Below are positions 25,855 through 26,567 of a stretch of 26,567 bases of DNA, piece after piece. The notes under the pieces were generated by a model. That model was not told the DNA's origin, made no database searches, and was given only the letters and a program-made list of their open reading frames with translations. Source of the DNA: a virus (taxonomy: Duplodnaviria > Caudoviricetes); IMG/VR virus record IMGVR_UViG_3300020413_000063, positions 1 through 26,567 of that record; one strand, 5' to 3'. Numbering within the stretch: the stretch's first letter is position 1; every line of letters starts with the position of its first letter. Position numbers and translations under genes: made by a program.

Positions 25855-26567
25855 GGTTTTAACCCTATAAATGTAAAGTCATAGTTAAAAGTTGAACTAG
25901 AGTTAGACCCTGCTACTCTTATCCCTTGATTAGTCCAACCATGAGATAATGTTTCTCCTTCAATTAGTCTTGGATAAAAATAGAAAGAGGGGTAATCGTG
26001 AGTAACATTAACTCTCCAACTAAAAGTTTTAGTTGAAGATCCAATACCTACAGCATCCCACTCAGCAATAACAGAAGTGTCTAGTTTTCTTTTATTTGAA
26101 TAATAACCAGTTCCACCTATCGTATCGCCATTTGACCCTATACCTGAACCTGTACCTGTAGGAAGCGCGCCACATTGCGCTCGAAACATGATACCATTAT
26201 TACTATTTTGAGCATTACTTTGATAAACATAATGATTTGAATTACTAAGAGTAACACTAAATTCTGGGTAAGCCTCAATATAGTGTTCTACATACGTAAC
26301 ATTGTTAGTAGGAATTACATTGCCAGAAGAACCAGAACTTACTAATGGATAGAAATTTACTAACACAGTACGACCAGACCACCCTACAAGATTTCCATAT
26401 AATTGTATTCTTTTATAAGTATTATTGTTCCAAACAAAATTATTTACACCCTGAAGAAAATCCACACTATTAACATTAGTGCCTGTGTAGTTCCCTATAA
26501 CTTCCCAAGCTCCACCCCCTGCATCTACCCAAGTTGGACTTTGGTTTGCACCATTGGTTTGAAGCAC
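25851..26567 (-). CDS. Tail fibre / receptor-binding protein, C-terminal part (5' truncated)
   Basis: VLQTNGANQSPTW..AGGGAWEVI fibre linker followed by a beta-rich domain; directly upstream of the chaperone. Confidence 0.75.
   Translation of the reverse strand: MLQTNGANQSPTWVDAGGGAWEVIGNYTGTNVNSVDFLQGVNNFVWNNNTYKRIQLYGNLVGWSGRTVLVNFYPLVSSGSSGNVIPTNNVTYVEHYIEAYPEFSVTLSNSNHYVYQSNAQNSNNGIMFRAQCGALPTGTGSGIGSNGDTIGGTGYYSNKRKLDTSVIAEWDAVGIGSSTKTFSWRVNVTHDYPSFYFYPRLIEGETLSHGWTNQGIRVAGSNSSSTFNYDFTFIGLKP

Larger units (their letters stand above)
1..26567. mobile_element. Tailed dsDNA bacteriophage genome fragment (podovirus-like tail/ejection module)
   Basis: Terminase pair, primase-helicase, resolvase, ejection proteins, tail nozzle, tail fibre and chaperone; tightly packed, translationally coupled ORFs; no host housekeeping genes. 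Portal and capsid are not in the window. Confidence 0.97.

Overview
The whole window is a fragment of a low-GC, CpG-poor tailed dsDNA phage genome. Gene content resembles uncultured marine podovirus-like phages; a proteobacterial host is inferred, not shown. From the left, on the minus strand: a truncated ADP-ribosyltransferase-like late gene and two very basic microproteins (all missed by the ORF track), then terminase large and small subunits. A non-coding gap upstream of terS carries a dif-like XerC/XerD site next to an IHF consensus. Next come DUF6378 and Zn-finger genes, a symmetric iteron/palindrome origin-like element, and two tandem TAGT/GREB1-like glycosyltransferases with no TET partner in view. 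These are followed by a stand-alone LexA-type HTH, a YqaJ exonuclease, a serine-recombinase homologue lacking its catalytic motifs, and a DUF2786 gene. A divergent control region precedes a plus-strand replication operon (RHH, Holliday-junction resolvase, SSB-like, TOPRIM/AAA_25 primase-helicase) and a candidate anti-Shine-Dalgarno small RNA. The right end is a minus-strand virion module: ejection proteins including a lysozyme domain, a tail nozzle with a ~265-aa insertion, tail fibres and a chaperone. The strongest lead is the dif+IHF site paired with an apparently dead phage recombinase, suggesting use of host XerCD. All family calls are by-eye motif recognition; no searches were run.
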